46,034 bases of DNA from positions 1 through 46,034 of the forward strand of contig JAXLYC010000019.1 in NCBI GenBank assembly GCA_046351635.1, written 5' to 3'. A model generated the notes under the pieces. That model saw only the letters and a list, made by a program, of their open reading frames with translations. It did not search any database and was not told the origin of the DNA. Source of the DNA: Nannocystaceae bacterium (GTDB lineage: Bacteria; Myxococcota_A; Polyangia; Nannocystales; Nannocystaceae). The translations under genes and the position numbers were made by a program. This document shows positions 19,828 to 29,836 of the stretch, one piece after another (positions within the stretch are counted from its first letter, which is position 1; each line of letters opens with the position of its first letter).

Positions 19828-21065
19828 GGCGAGCCCTCCGCGTCGGCGCGGTCGCGACGGCGCGCGGCGACCGGCTCCGTCGGCGGCGGTGCGTCGACGC
19901 TCGGCTGCGGCGGCGGATCGCCGGCCGGCACCTCCGCCGGGCTCGACGTCGGCGTGGGCTCGGCCGACGCGGGCGCCGATGGCTCGGGCTCGCGCGGCGC
20001 GGCGGCGCTGGGTCGCGCGTCGGGATCGGTGCCCGGGGCGTACAGCGGCTCGACGCTGGTGCCCGGCGCCGCCATCCGCGGCTTGCGCGTGCGTTCGCCC
20101 TTGGGCACGCGGACGTCGTCGAGAAAGCGCAGCACCGCGCTGTTCCACGCGTCGGCGGCCTCGAACTGCGCGAAGTGTCCCGCGCGTTCGAGCATCACCA
20201 GCTGACCATCGCGCATGGTCTCGACCGCCTTCTTGGCCAGCCGCTCGGTGCTGCCGCCGTGCAGCAGCGGGTTGGGGATGAGGTTGTCGTACTCGCCGAA
20301 CACCACCAACGTCGGCAGCTCGAGGTCGCGCAGGCGATCGACGACCGGGCCGTCGAGCATGCCCGCGACCGAGCGCGAGACCGCGTTGCAGTAGGCTTCG
20401 AAGTCGGGCCCACCGACCACCGCGAGGCGATCACGGACCATGAACTCCGCGGACTTGGGCACGCGGTGGAAGTTCTGCGTGTGGCGCAGCCACACCGCCT
20501 CGGCGTCGGCCTTGCACGTGAACTCGGGCGTGGTCGCGCCGGCGAGCCAGTGCGCCTCGCCGTCGGCGAAGCGCTCGAGCCCGGCGGGCGACGACAAGAC
20601 CAGCGCGTCGACGTCCTGCGGGTACTCGAGCGCGTAGGTCATCGCGATCTGGCCGCCCATCGAGTGACCCACGAGCACGACATGCGACAGTCCCAGCTCG
20701 CGCACCACGCCGCGCACGGCCTTGGCGAAGAAGGCCATCGAGTAGTCGTAGTTGCCCTTGGAGCTCTTGCCATAACCGGGCAGGTCGATCGCGACCACGC
20801 GGTGGCGGGCCGACAGCGCCGCGAGGTTCTCCTTCCACGCCGGCATCGAGCTGCCCAGGCCGTGGATCAGCACCAGCGTGCGCGCGTCCGCGTCCGCGGG
20901 CGCGCCGCTGTCGTGCACCGCGATGGTGGCGGTGCCGACCGCCAGCTGTCGCGTGGGCATGGGGTACTGCAGCGCCGAGAAGGCCACGCCGGACTTCGCG
21001 GCACAACCGCCCGCGAGCAGGGCCGCGAGCAGCAACGTGGGCAGCGTGCGAGTGGGTCGCGTCAT
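19824..21065 (-). CDS. Alpha/beta-hydrolase-fold lipoprotein with Pro-rich C-terminal tail
   Basis: MTRPTRTLPTLLLAALLAGGCAAK lipobox. HGLGSS and GHSMGG nucleophile-elbow motifs. C-terminal low-complexity Pro/Ala/Glu tail. ATG at 21065 confirmed. Confidence 0.8.
   Translation of the reverse strand: MTRPTRTLPTLLLAALLAGGCAAKSGVAFSALQYPMPTRQLAVGTATIAVHDSGAPADADARTLVLIHGLGSSMPAWKENLAALSARHRVVAIDLPGYGKSSKGNYDYSMAFFAKAVRGVVRELGLSHVVLVGHSMGGQIAMTYALEYPQDVDALVLSSPAGLERFADGEAHWLAGATTPEFTCKADAEAVWLRHTQNFHRVPKSAEFMVRDRLAVVGGPDFEAYCNAVSRSVAGMLDGPVVDRLRDLELPTLVVFGEYDNLIPNPLLHGGSTERLAKKAVETMRDGQLVMLERAGHFAQFEAADAWNSAVLRFLDDVRVPKGERTRKPRMAAPGTSVEPLYAPGTDPDARPSAAAPREPEPSAPASAEPTPTSSPAEVPAGDPPPQPSVDAPPPTEPVAARRRDRADAEGSP
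19834..19839 (-). promoter_or_regulatory. Shine-Dalgarno (GGAGGG) for the SSS transporter, embedded in the 3' end of the hydrolase gene
   Basis: The minus-strand sequence ggagggctcgccGTGatc is read directly. Confidence 0.5.
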
Positions 21066-21073
21066 CGGTGGCC

Positions 21074-22666
21074 TCACAACATCAACCACTTGAGCGTGAG
21101 CATGGTGGTCCAGGGATCGCGCGGACGTTGGCTCTCGCCGCTGCTGCCCGTGACGATCTCGGGGCTGGCGAAGTAGTCGCCCAGGCGCAGGTACGCCGCG
21201 TGGGCCTCGAGCGACAGCATCGGGCGGATGCGCCACGAGACGTTGCCGTTGACCTCGGCGCCCATGAAGTAGGCGCCCTGCACCGGCTGCACGTTCGATC
21301 GCGCGAACGCACCGCCGATGCGAGCGGACAGCTTGTTGCGCAAGATGTCGCCCGAGACGCCCAGCGACAGCGCGGTCATGCCGTAGCCGGCGTTGGAGAT
21401 GTCCGCGGCCGCGGCGTAGTAGCGGTTGACGACGTTGGCGTGGGGCAACAGCAGGTAGGTGCCGAAGCTGGTGAACGGCGCCGCCGGTGAGCCCCAGGTG
21501 TTGCCGGTGACGACGCCGGTGTAGCTGCCGTCCTGCAGACCGTTCTTGTCGCCCGAGGTGTAGAGGAAGTCGGCGGTGACGGCATCGCGGGCGGTGCGAC
21601 CCCATCGCGCCGCGAGCCGCACGTTGGCGGCGAGCCCGAGCACGTTGGTGAGCTTCTGGAAGTCGCCGGGCTGGTTGGGGATCGCGGTGACGATCTGGCC
21701 GAAGTTGCCGACCATGAAGGCCGAGCCGCCGAAGCGACCGGCGGCGAGCTCGGGGTTGAACGAGGTATCGCCCGCGAGCCACAGGAAGTGGCCGCGCCAG
21801 CTCGGGGCATCATCGGGGATCGTGAAGCGGTAGCCGCCGTTGTAGTCGACCAGCACGCTGTCGGGGCCCTGGCCGAGGATGCCGACGCCGCCCTGACCGG
21901 TGGAGGTGTCCCGCAGGTATCGCAGACTGCCGCCGACGTGCCAGGTCTTGCCCAGGTGGCGATCGGTCGCGAGCTCGAACAGCGCGACGTCGTCGTCCTT
22001 CTGGATCAGGTTCTCGTACAGCTGATAGGCGCCGAGCTTGAAGCGCTGTCCCGCGGTGGTGCCGTGCAACACTGCGCCGACCGCATCGGTGCCCCAGAAG
22101 GCCATGCGCGTGCCGGTCAGCTGCATCGTCGGCACCGGCGTGCGGTAGGGATCGTAGGTGCTGTCGTAGAGCCGCTGCAGGCCCACGTCGATCGACCAGC
22201 CCTTCCACAGATCGATCTCGACCGCGAGGTTCTGCGTCTGCAGGTTGACCTGGTCCGCGGTGATGGCCGAGCCGAAGTTGCCGCCGGCGGAGTTGGAGGT
22301 GTCGCCGAAGGTCCAGTCGAGCTCGAACGAGGCCCGCAGTCGCGCGCGGTGATCGAGCAGCGCCGGCTCGACCACCGCGAAGGGGATGAGCCGCTGCTCG
22401 AGGAAGACCGCGCGCTCCTTCGACGTGGTCGTGGTGTTGGGCCCGAACAGGCGCCCGACGATCTGACCCTTGAACAGGTCGTTCTGCGGCGAGACGTTGG
22501 TCATCTCGGCGCGGGTCATGAAGTAGCCGTAGAGCTGGAACGCGCGCCACGCTCGCTTGCTGCGCTGCAGCTGCTCGGGCGCCTGCTGCACCGCGACGTC
22601 GGGCAGCGGCGGCGGTGAGGGTGCCCACGCGGTCGTGAGCGCGGCGAGCAGCGTGGACGTCAACAT
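21074..22666 (-). CDS. Outer-membrane beta-barrel protein (possible polysaccharide/solute porin)
   Basis: Signal peptide MLTSTLLAALTTAWAPSP. 530 aa with alternating amphipathic beta-strand character rich in Gly/Tyr/Asn. Ends ...LTLKWLML. Stop 8 bp upstream of the hydrolase start. Confidence 0.6.
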   Translation of the reverse strand: MLTSTLLAALTTAWAPSPPPLPDVAVQQAPEQLQRSKRAWRAFQLYGYFMTRAEMTNVSPQNDLFKGQIVGRLFGPNTTTTSKERAVFLEQRLIPFAVVEPALLDHRARLRASFELDWTFGDTSNSAGGNFGSAITADQVNLQTQNLAVEIDLWKGWSIDVGLQRLYDSTYDPYRTPVPTMQLTGTRMAFWGTDAVGAVLHGTTAGQRFKLGAYQLYENLIQKDDDVALFELATDRHLGKTWHVGGSLRYLRDTSTGQGGVGILGQGPDSVLVDYNGGYRFTIPDDAPSWRGHFLWLAGDTSFNPELAAGRFGGSAFMVGNFGQIVTAIPNQPGDFQKLTNVLGLAANVRLAARWGRTARDAVTADFLYTSGDKNGLQDGSYTGVVTGNTWGSPAAPFTSFGTYLLLPHANVVNRYYAAAADISNAGYGMTALSLGVSGDILRNKLSARIGGAFARSNVQPVQGAYFMGAEVNGNVSWRIRPMLSLEAHAAYLRLGDYFASPEIVTGSSGESQRPRDPWTTMLTLKWLML

Positions 22667-22684
22667 GGCGCGGACCCCGTCGAG

Positions 22685-23362
22685 CTACTGGCGGACGAAC
22701 ACCTGGGTGAGATCGGGGCCGAGCGACGTCGCGCCGAAGCCGGCCTCTGCGGTCGGCGCGACCGCGCCGACGCTGGGCTCGGTCTGCACGACCTCGTAGC
22801 GCAGCACCGCCGGGCTCACGCTGTCGTCGATCTCGAAGATGCCCTCGACCGTGATCGCCTGCGGCATGGTCTGCTCGAGCGTGATGTCGAAGATCTCGCC
22901 GACACCCGAGGGCGTGGCGGTGTAGACCCCGACCTGCTGCACCTGCTGGCCCTGGTCGTCGATCGTCACGACGGTGAAGGCCTGGGGCCCGAAGGTCGCG
23001 GTGATCGAGGTCGCGCCGGTGAGCTCGACCAACAAGGGCGCGATGTCGTCGCCCTCGCTGAGCCACGCGCCCTCGAGCGTGACGGGCTGCGCCGCGGTGT
23101 CGTCTGCGCCGCCCGAGTCCGAGCCTGCATCCGCGCCGCCGTCGACCGCGGTGTCGCTGGTGTCCGCTGCCGAGTCCAGTCCGCCGGAATCCACCGCGCC
23201 CTCGCCTGCGTCGTCGCCAGCGTCGTCGCCGACGCTGGCGGCATCGCCCGCGCTCGCGTCGGTGTCACCGACGCTGTCTCCGGAGGTCCGCGCGGTGGTG
23301 GAGACGCCGGCGCCACTGCAGGCGGTCAGCAGCGCGAGCACGACGAAGGGCTTGGTTCGCAT
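22685..23362 (-). CDS. Acidic lipoprotein, hypothetical
   Basis: MRTKPFVVLALLTACSGAG lipobox. Asp/Gly/Ser-rich linker then a folded C-terminal domain. ATG at 23362 confirmed. 18 bp upstream of the outer-membrane protein gene. Confidence 0.6.
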   Translation of the reverse strand: MRTKPFVVLALLTACSGAGVSTTARTSGDSVGDTDASAGDAASVGDDAGDDAGEGAVDSGGLDSAADTSDTAVDGGADAGSDSGGADDTAAQPVTLEGAWLSEGDDIAPLLVELTGATSITATFGPQAFTVVTIDDQGQQVQQVGVYTATPSGVGEIFDITLEQTMPQAITVEGIFEIDDSVSPAVLRYEVVQTEPSVGAVAPTAEAGFGATSLGPDLTQVFVRQ

Positions 23363-23543
23363 GGTGGATCCCCGGCTGCCCGCCATGTCGCAGTGCAACA
23401 TGACGAGCGATTCAGGTCTCATACTCGACGCGTGCGGGCCTGTCAAGGCGCCCTGGCGGGGGAATTCTCCCCTCGCGGGCCTTTCGCATCGCAGCGAGAC
23501 CGGGCTTCGCCCGACCCCCGAGGAAGCGCGCAGGCGTGCGACG

Positions 23544-26500
23544 TCAGCGACGGCGACGACGCCCAGACACTGCGACGACGACGACCAGTGCCCACGGCCA
23601 CGCGTGCGCGCGGGTCGTGGTGCAGCCGCAGCCGCCGCTGCCCTCGCCCTCGCCGTCGGCACCGGCGCTGCTGCTGCCACCGCTGCCGTCGGCGTTGCCC
23701 GAGCTCGCGCCGGCGGTGCCACCACTGCCGTCGCCACCACTGCCGTCGGCGCCGGTGTCGGTGCCGGCAGGATCGGGCGGCAGCGGCGAGTCGAGCAACC
23801 ATCGCACCGTGCGACGCACCTCGGTCTCGTTGCCGGCGAGGTCCTTCACCCGCGCCATGACCTCGACCTCGGGGTCCGACAGCGCGGTCGCGAGCGGGAT
23901 CTCGAGCACGTCGTGGGGCATCGCGCCGCCCTGCGCCAACATCGTCGCGCACGTTCCGGCCTCGTCGAGCACGCAGACCTCGAGCGAGGCGACGTCGATG
24001 CCGCTGGGGATGTCGACCGTGCCGACGCGCAAGGCGGTGACGGCGTCGCCGTCGTAGAGCGCGGCGAGGTTGAGCGTGGGCTTCTGCGTGTCGGTCAGCT
24101 CCTCGGGTCCACCGGGCGCGCCGATGTCGATCCAGCGGCCCAGGATGCCGAGCTGCTCCGGTGTGATCGTGGTCGGGTGATCGGGGCCGAAGTCGAGGTC
24201 GCGATCGTCGGGCGGCGACGCCTCGTCGAAGCTCGCGTCGGTGTTGCCGTCGGTGCGCATGCCCGCGGCCTTCCAGTACAGCGGGCTGCCCAGCGAGTTG
24301 AACGCGCGCACGTAGCGGGTCAGCTGTGGCCGGCGGAAGGTCGTGCCGTTGGTCGTGGCCATGCGCTGGGCCTCGGGCACGCACGACTGGCCGCGATCGG
24401 CGACCAGACACCACCAGGTCGAGTCCTGCTCGACCCCAGGGCGATCGAGCGCGAGCGATCCGTCGGGCGCGTCGCCGCTGTGGCACTGCGCGCAGTGCTC
24501 GTCGAAGATCGGCATGATGTCGCGCTCGAAGTCGATCTGCAGCGCGTAGCCCTCGACCTCGCGCACGGCCGGGCCCTGCGCGCCCGCACCCGCCAGCAGC
24601 GGCACGGTGCCCTCGCCCAGCGGGATCACGGGGTAGTCCGGCATCGCGGCGTAGCTGTCCTCGAAGCCGATGCGCGAGTCCTTCGAGTGCACGTGGCAGC
24701 CGCCGCAGGTCTTCATCTCGCCCGGCCGCAGGCTCTGCCAGCTCTGATCGGTGTTGAGCGTGTGGCCGTCGCAATCGATGCCCTGCATGAGATAGGGCGT
24801 GTTGGCGGGGAAGCGCACCAGGAAGCTGGTGTCGGCGTTGCCGCTGGGATCGACGACCGGCGCGCCGTCTTGCAGGTTGCGCACGCCGAACTCGCCGAGG
24901 ATGACCACGCGCTCACCGGCGACGTTGGCGATCTGCTCGTAGAGGTTGGTGCCGCGGTTGGGCAGCACGCCCAGGATGCGCACGCCGCAGAGATCCTCGT
25001 CGCCGTACTCGATCGTGTCGGTGCCCTGCAGATTGAACTGGTGCTCGCCGGCGAAGTGGATGCCGCCGACCGGGTGGGTCTCGCGATCGGTGATCGAGGC
25101 CGCGCCGAGCAGGCCGAACGGCGTGCCGACCGGCAGCTCCGGGCGCGAGGCCTGCTGGTCCGCGCGGGGGATCGCGGCCGGCGTCTCGATGCCGTGGATC
25201 GCCGCGTAGGGCACGACCGCGCGGGCCATGATCTCGTGCCACTGCGGCTCGTCGACCACGCGCTCGAGATCGCTGGGATGCTCCGAGGGCATCGTCGCGA
25301 CCTCGTAGATGCCCGCGTCGCACGCCGGCGTGTCGAGCTGCAGCTGGGTGAAGACGTTGGCCGCGACGCCCTGCCCCGAACCCGAGGTCGCCGGCGGCAC
25401 CGGCAGGCCCAGCGCGTCGAAGATGCCGTTGTCGGCCACGGTCCCGCACGCGCCCTTGCCCCACGTCGCCATCAGCCCGCCGTCGGGCAGCGCCGCGGCG
25501 TGGCCGAGCTTGCCGGCGAACACCACCGGATCGGCGTAGTTCGGATCCTGGTACGCGGGCGCGGGCATCACCGCCGCGAAGGAATCGCTGCTGCTGGACC
25601 AAGGCGCCAGCCGCACGATGTCGTGCGGCGCGTACAGATCCGCCAGCGGCGCAGTGGGATCGAGCATGCCCTCCTGCCCCGCCGGCTCGGGCATCACGCC
25701 CACGAGGTTGCCCAGGCCGTTGTTGTTGCCGCGGTAGTAGTCGGTGAACCACACGCGGCCATCGCCGGTCTGCGCGAGGAAGTGCGCGGCCTTGTGATCG
25801 ACGCCGGCGCTGGTGATGGGCGAGTGGTCGCCGCAGTGCTGGCCGTAGAACGCGAACGGATGCGCGCCGTCGGGCGCCTGCACGAAGATGTTGAAGGCGT
25901 TGCCGATGGTGCCGAAGCCACCCGGGCTGCCGTTGGTGTAGCGGAACGTCAGACCACCGAAGATCTGCCAGCTCGAGTAGGCCACGCGACCGTCGGCGAG
26001 CACCAGCGGGTGTTGCTCGAGCGACAGCGAGTGGTGACTGGCGAGATCGAGATTGCGACCGTCGGGATCGACGGTCCAGATGCGCGAGCCGTTGCCGGCG
26101 TTGTTGGTGCCCCACACCATCGTGGTGAGGTTGCCGTCGCGCGTGGAGGTGAACGCCAGGCGCCCGTCGGGTAGCCACGCCGGCCCCGCGTCCCAGGTGC
26201 CGGGCAGCCACGGCAGCTCGGTGAGCTCACCGGTCGCGACATCGACCAACATCAGCTGCGCGTGCTCGGTCTGCAGCAGCTTGCCCGGCAGATCGTGCCA
26301 CGCGTCGTCGCCACCGACCGCGACGGAGAAGTTCTCGCTGTTCGGCGTCAACGTGCCGCGGAAGACCGAGAACGCGATGGTCTCGCCGTCGAACGACACC
26401 GCCGGATCCATCGCCGCGCACGCGGCTGCATCGGTGCTCTCGCTGCCGCAGTCGTACAGCAGCGACTCGCTGCCGTCGGGTTGCCGCAGCACCAGATCGC

Positions 26501-26750
26501 ACGGCGCACTGAAGCCGCTGTAGAAGTGCGTGACGTCCGGCAGCACGTCGTAGACGTCGATGCCGATCATCGTCGTGCCCGGCAGCTGCAGCGGCTCGGT
26601 CGTGCGCGGGCAGCGGACGTAGGCGATCGGATGATCGAGCGCTTGGGCGCTGGGCACCAGCCACGGCACGGCCACGGCCGCCGCGATCACCAGGGGCGAG
26701 ACGTGCACCGCGCGGAGCACAGGACGGGGACGACGGCCGGGGGTGCGCAT
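23544..26750 (-). CDS. Large secreted protein: PD40/TolB-like beta-propeller repeats, two CxxCH motifs (one matching the PSCyt1 pattern), C-terminal MYXO-CTERM
   Basis: Signal peptide MRTPGRRPRPVLRAVHVSPLVIAAAVAVPWLVPSAQA. WLPDGRLAFTSTRDG-type propeller repeats. Two CxxCH motifs: MKTCGGCHVHSKD and FERDIMPIFDEHCAQCHSGDAPDGSLALD (the second fits the PSCyt1 pattern). The C-terminus GCGCTTTRAHAWPWALVVVVAVSGRRRRR is a MYXO-CTERM signal. Confidence 0.75.
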   Translation of the reverse strand: MRTPGRRPRPVLRAVHVSPLVIAAAVAVPWLVPSAQALDHPIAYVRCPRTTEPLQLPGTTMIGIDVYDVLPDVTHFYSGFSAPCDLVLRQPDGSESLLYDCGSESTDAAACAAMDPAVSFDGETIAFSVFRGTLTPNSENFSVAVGGDDAWHDLPGKLLQTEHAQLMLVDVATGELTELPWLPGTWDAGPAWLPDGRLAFTSTRDGNLTTMVWGTNNAGNGSRIWTVDPDGRNLDLASHHSLSLEQHPLVLADGRVAYSSWQIFGGLTFRYTNGSPGGFGTIGNAFNIFVQAPDGAHPFAFYGQHCGDHSPITSAGVDHKAAHFLAQTGDGRVWFTDYYRGNNNGLGNLVGVMPEPAGQEGMLDPTAPLADLYAPHDIVRLAPWSSSSDSFAAVMPAPAYQDPNYADPVVFAGKLGHAAALPDGGLMATWGKGACGTVADNGIFDALGLPVPPATSGSGQGVAANVFTQLQLDTPACDAGIYEVATMPSEHPSDLERVVDEPQWHEIMARAVVPYAAIHGIETPAAIPRADQQASRPELPVGTPFGLLGAASITDRETHPVGGIHFAGEHQFNLQGTDTIEYGDEDLCGVRILGVLPNRGTNLYEQIANVAGERVVILGEFGVRNLQDGAPVVDPSGNADTSFLVRFPANTPYLMQGIDCDGHTLNTDQSWQSLRPGEMKTCGGCHVHSKDSRIGFEDSYAAMPDYPVIPLGEGTVPLLAGAGAQGPAVREVEGYALQIDFERDIMPIFDEHCAQCHSGDAPDGSLALDRPGVEQDSTWWCLVADRGQSCVPEAQRMATTNGTTFRRPQLTRYVRAFNSLGSPLYWKAAGMRTDGNTDASFDEASPPDDRDLDFGPDHPTTITPEQLGILGRWIDIGAPGGPEELTDTQKPTLNLAALYDGDAVTALRVGTVDIPSGIDVASLEVCVLDEAGTCATMLAQGGAMPHDVLEIPLATALSDPEVEVMARVKDLAGNETEVRRTVRWLLDSPLPPDPAGTDTGADGSGGDGSGGTAGASSGNADGSGGSSSAGADGEGEGSGGCGCTTTRAHAWPWALVVVVAVSGRRRRR

Positions 26751-26934
26751 GGCGACCTCCAGAGGTCGCGCGAGCGCGGCGAAACGGCTCACGGGCCCGC
26801 ACGGGTGTGGGGCCACGGTGCGTGCCCCGACCCGCGCCCGTGCGCGGTCGCGCGGGTGGCGAGCTGACACACCCCGCGCGCGGTATCGTCGAGCCTGCGC
26901 CGCCCCGCGGCACCGGGCAGCGCAGGCCCGACGC

Positions 26935-28019
26935 ATGAGACTCGATCCCACCCTCGCGCTCCCGTTCGCCGTGGCACTGGCGTGCCACGCACCGACCACC
27001 TCGCCCGGCAGCGCGCCCGCGGTCGCGCAGGATTCCGCGACGCGGCTGCAGGTGCGGGTCGATCCGCGCGTCGAGCTGTTCTCGATGCTGTGGCGCACCG
27101 CTGGCATCCCGCCCTACGCGCCGCAGGACGAGCATCGCACGCCCTACGAAGCGGCGGTCGACGCTCGCATGGCGCCGCTGCGGTCGCACCCCGCGGTGCA
27201 GCAGGCCGAGGCGCTGGCCGAGTCCAAGGGCATCGGCTTCGACGCGCCGATGAGCCTCGCGGTCACCTGAGCTGGCCCGAGCTCGAGCTCGTGCGTCCGC
27301 TGCAGCCCTGGCCAGCATCGCTCGACGACCGCTGGCAGGGGGTCGACATGGACGCGTGGCTCAGCACGGTGCGTTCGTTCGCGAGCGACGCGCGGCTGGC
27401 CGAGTTCTTCGGCGAGCAACGGCCGTTGTGGGACCGCGTCGACGCGACGATGGCGGCGTTCGTGCAGGCGCACGGTGCCGACGCGCCCCAGTGGCTGCAC
27501 GAGTTCAGCGGCACCGCGATCGCACAGACGGTGCTGGTCCAGGGCCTGCTCACCGAGCGCGGCAACTACGGCCCGCACGTCGTGCTGCCCGACGGGCGCA
27601 AGACCGCATACCAGATCATCGTGAACTGGCACCCCGACGAGGACGGCGTGCCACGGCCACAGCCCGATCTCGCGGTGTTCTACATCCACGAACTCGCGCA
27701 CAGCTACATGAACCCGCTGGTCGAGCGCCACGCGTCGATCCTGCAAGCCTCGGCGCAGGCGCTGTACGACCGACATGCCGCGGCGATGGAGGCAGTGGGC
27801 TACGGCGAGTGGTACTCGGTCGCGTGCGAGTCGTTGGTGCGCGCCGCGACCCGCACCTACCTGCACGATGATCCCGAGGCGGCCGCCGGCGCGGACGAGA
27901 ACGACCGCCTGCAAGGCTTCGCGTGGGTCCCCGAGGTTGCCGCCGTGCTCGAGCCACCACTCGACGAGACCGACATGACCGCGGTCGCACAGGTGCTCGC
28001 GCGCCACGGCGCGCCGTGA
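26935..28019 (+). CDS. HExxH-motif lipoprotein (possible zinc-dependent hydrolase), apparently frameshifted near 27265
   Basis: MRLDPTLALPFAVALACHAP lipobox in the frame of ORF 26743. That frame ends ...GFDAPMSLAVT*, and the protein continues in the frame of ORF 26982 (LSWPELELVRPLQPW...YIHELAHSYMNPL...). The junction is at cggtcacctgagctgg. Confidence 0.6.
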
Positions 28020-28022
28020 GGG

Positions 28023-29633
28023 TCAGCCCAGCGCGCGGATCGTCACCACCGTCGGCCGCAGCCCCACGTCCGCGGCCAGGCACCACCGCGGCGCGGCCTT
28101 GCCCATCGCGCGCCAGCCCGGCGCCTGCGACAGCGCGAAGGCGCCGCGATCGAGCGCGAGCTCGACGGTCTCACCCCGCGGCAGGAACACCAGCGCGCCG
28201 TTGTCGGTGGTGCGCACGCGCAGGGACTCGGGCACGAAGTAGCGCACCACCCCCGCGACGACGGGCGGCGCGAGTTCGTCGGTGATCTGGATGCGATCGC
28301 CGTCGAAGATCACGCGACGTCGGTGGGTCGCGGCGCCCTTGTAGCCGCGGACCTCGGCCAGCAGGCGCCGCGCACTGGCCTCGAGCTGGTGCGGCAGCGC
28401 GCGGCCGCCGATGCGGTGGCTCTTCCACAGCTCGTGTTGATCGCGGTCGCCCACGGTGACGGTGTTGTGCGCCGCGGTCGAGCGCGCGTAGCGACGATCG
28501 TCACCCTCGACGTAGGTGCCCACGCCGGCGTCGACCAGCACGCGCGTGCGACCGTACGACAGCTCGATCGACAGGCAATCGCCGTGGATGTGCCCGGTCT
28601 GCTGCGGCAGGCCCACGCCGCCTTGGTTCCACAGCAACGTGAACGGACCCCATGCTCGCCGTGCGAAGCCGCTGTCGCTCGCGTCGGCGTCGCCCTCGGC
28701 CAAGGCCACGGCGCAGCGATGGGCCAGGCGCATGGGCGTGACCGGGGCCTGCAGCTGGCTGTCGCCCCACAGCGCGACGTCGCCATCGGGATGCGTGAAC
28801 GCGGGCAACACTGCGAGCATGTGCTCCAAGGCCACGCGCAGCGGATCGGCCACACCCGGCAGGCGCGGCTCGGCCAGCGCGATCACCAGCGACAGCTGCT
28901 CGGCGAGCAGGCAGTGGTAGCTGGGCGTGCGCTCGGCATGCACGCCGTCGTCGCCCAGCTGCGCCTGCACGCAGTGCAGCAGCGGTGTCGCGAAACGCTC
29001 GAGCATGGCTGCCGGTACGTGACCGCGCAGCGCCAACCCACCGGCGACCAGCGCGACCAGGTTGGTCCACAGGTGGTTGCCGTCGAGGTGGAGCTCGACG
29101 TGCGAGGCGAGGTGCTGCAGCTGCGCGCTCACCGACGCGAGCACCAGCTCGAGCTCGCCCGCATGCAGGTGGGCGCCGTCACGCGCGAGCCAGCCGAGCC
29201 AGTGCAGCAGCCGCTGCGAGCAGGGATACGGCTCCCAGCCCACGCCTTCGCGGTGCTCTTCGATCCAGTCGAGCACGGTCGCGCGGGCCTGCGCGCGTGT
29301 GCACGCGGGATCGGCGAGCCAGCCGTGGTAGTGCAGCGTGTACACCCACAGCGGATCGCCATCGCCGGTCCAGCCGAAGCGCACCGGATCGTGCGCCGGC
29401 TGACCCAGCAACACCACGCCGCCGTCGGGCTCGATGTGGCCCTCGGGCGAGGGCCCCACGAAGCCCTCGGGCAGCTGCAGCGCGTCGCAGCCGGGCGCGC
29501 GCGACTGCGTGGGGCTGCGCGCGGGCCCGCGGGAACGCTGGCGCACGAACGCGAGCAGCTGCGTCGGCCGCAGGTGCGCCGCCGATCGCAGCGTGGGGCC
29601 CAGGGTCTCGATCGCGCGGCGCAGTCGGGTCAT
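28023..29633 (-). CDS. Heparinase II/III-like polysaccharide lyase family protein
   Basis: MTRLRRAIETLGPTLRSAAHLRPTQ.... It has motifs I take to be heparinase II/III-like and alginate-lyase-like (WVYTLHYHGWL, HGDCLSIELSYG). ATG at 29633 confirmed. Confidence 0.7.
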   Translation of the reverse strand: MTRLRRAIETLGPTLRSAAHLRPTQLLAFVRQRSRGPARSPTQSRAPGCDALQLPEGFVGPSPEGHIEPDGGVVLLGQPAHDPVRFGWTGDGDPLWVYTLHYHGWLADPACTRAQARATVLDWIEEHREGVGWEPYPCSQRLLHWLGWLARDGAHLHAGELELVLASVSAQLQHLASHVELHLDGNHLWTNLVALVAGGLALRGHVPAAMLERFATPLLHCVQAQLGDDGVHAERTPSYHCLLAEQLSLVIALAEPRLPGVADPLRVALEHMLAVLPAFTHPDGDVALWGDSQLQAPVTPMRLAHRCAVALAEGDADASDSGFARRAWGPFTLLWNQGGVGLPQQTGHIHGDCLSIELSYGRTRVLVDAGVGTYVEGDDRRYARSTAAHNTVTVGDRDQHELWKSHRIGGRALPHQLEASARRLLAEVRGYKGAATHRRRVIFDGDRIQITDELAPPVVAGVVRYFVPESLRVRTTDNGALVFLPRGETVELALDRGAFALSQAPGWRAMGKAAPRWCLAADVGLRPTVVTIRALG

Positions 29634-29636
29634 CGC

Positions 29637-29702
29637 GGACAGCCCGCCCACGGTATCCACGACCGGCGCACGATTGAACCGCCCTCGACGCAGCCGCGAG
29701 AA
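29637..29702 (-). other. Relic of the 3' end of a UDP-sugar 6-dehydrogenase gene, in frame immediately upstream of the heparinase start
   Basis: The translation RLRRGRFNRAPVVDTVGGLS and the DNA around 29655-29712 are about 75% similar to the true 3' end of the dehydrogenase gene at 31570-31620 (RLRREWFNRPSVVDTVGLLTR*). Confidence 0.5.
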
Positions 29703-29836
29703 CCTGCCGTGTTGCAGCGACAGGACGCCCCACTGCGGTGCGCCGAGCCGGCCCCGCGTCACCGAGCCGTGCCCAACGCAGCGGCGCCGCAGCCCTCGCC
29801 GTCATCGCGACGGTGCCGACCGACCAAGGGCCCTGC

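Noticed and set aside
22974-26174. 1066-aa plus-strand ORF
   Set aside because: It is antisense to the well-supported MYXO-CTERM propeller gene. Its translation is Arg/Ala-rich low-complexity sequence typical of wrong-frame ORFs in about 70% GC DNA.
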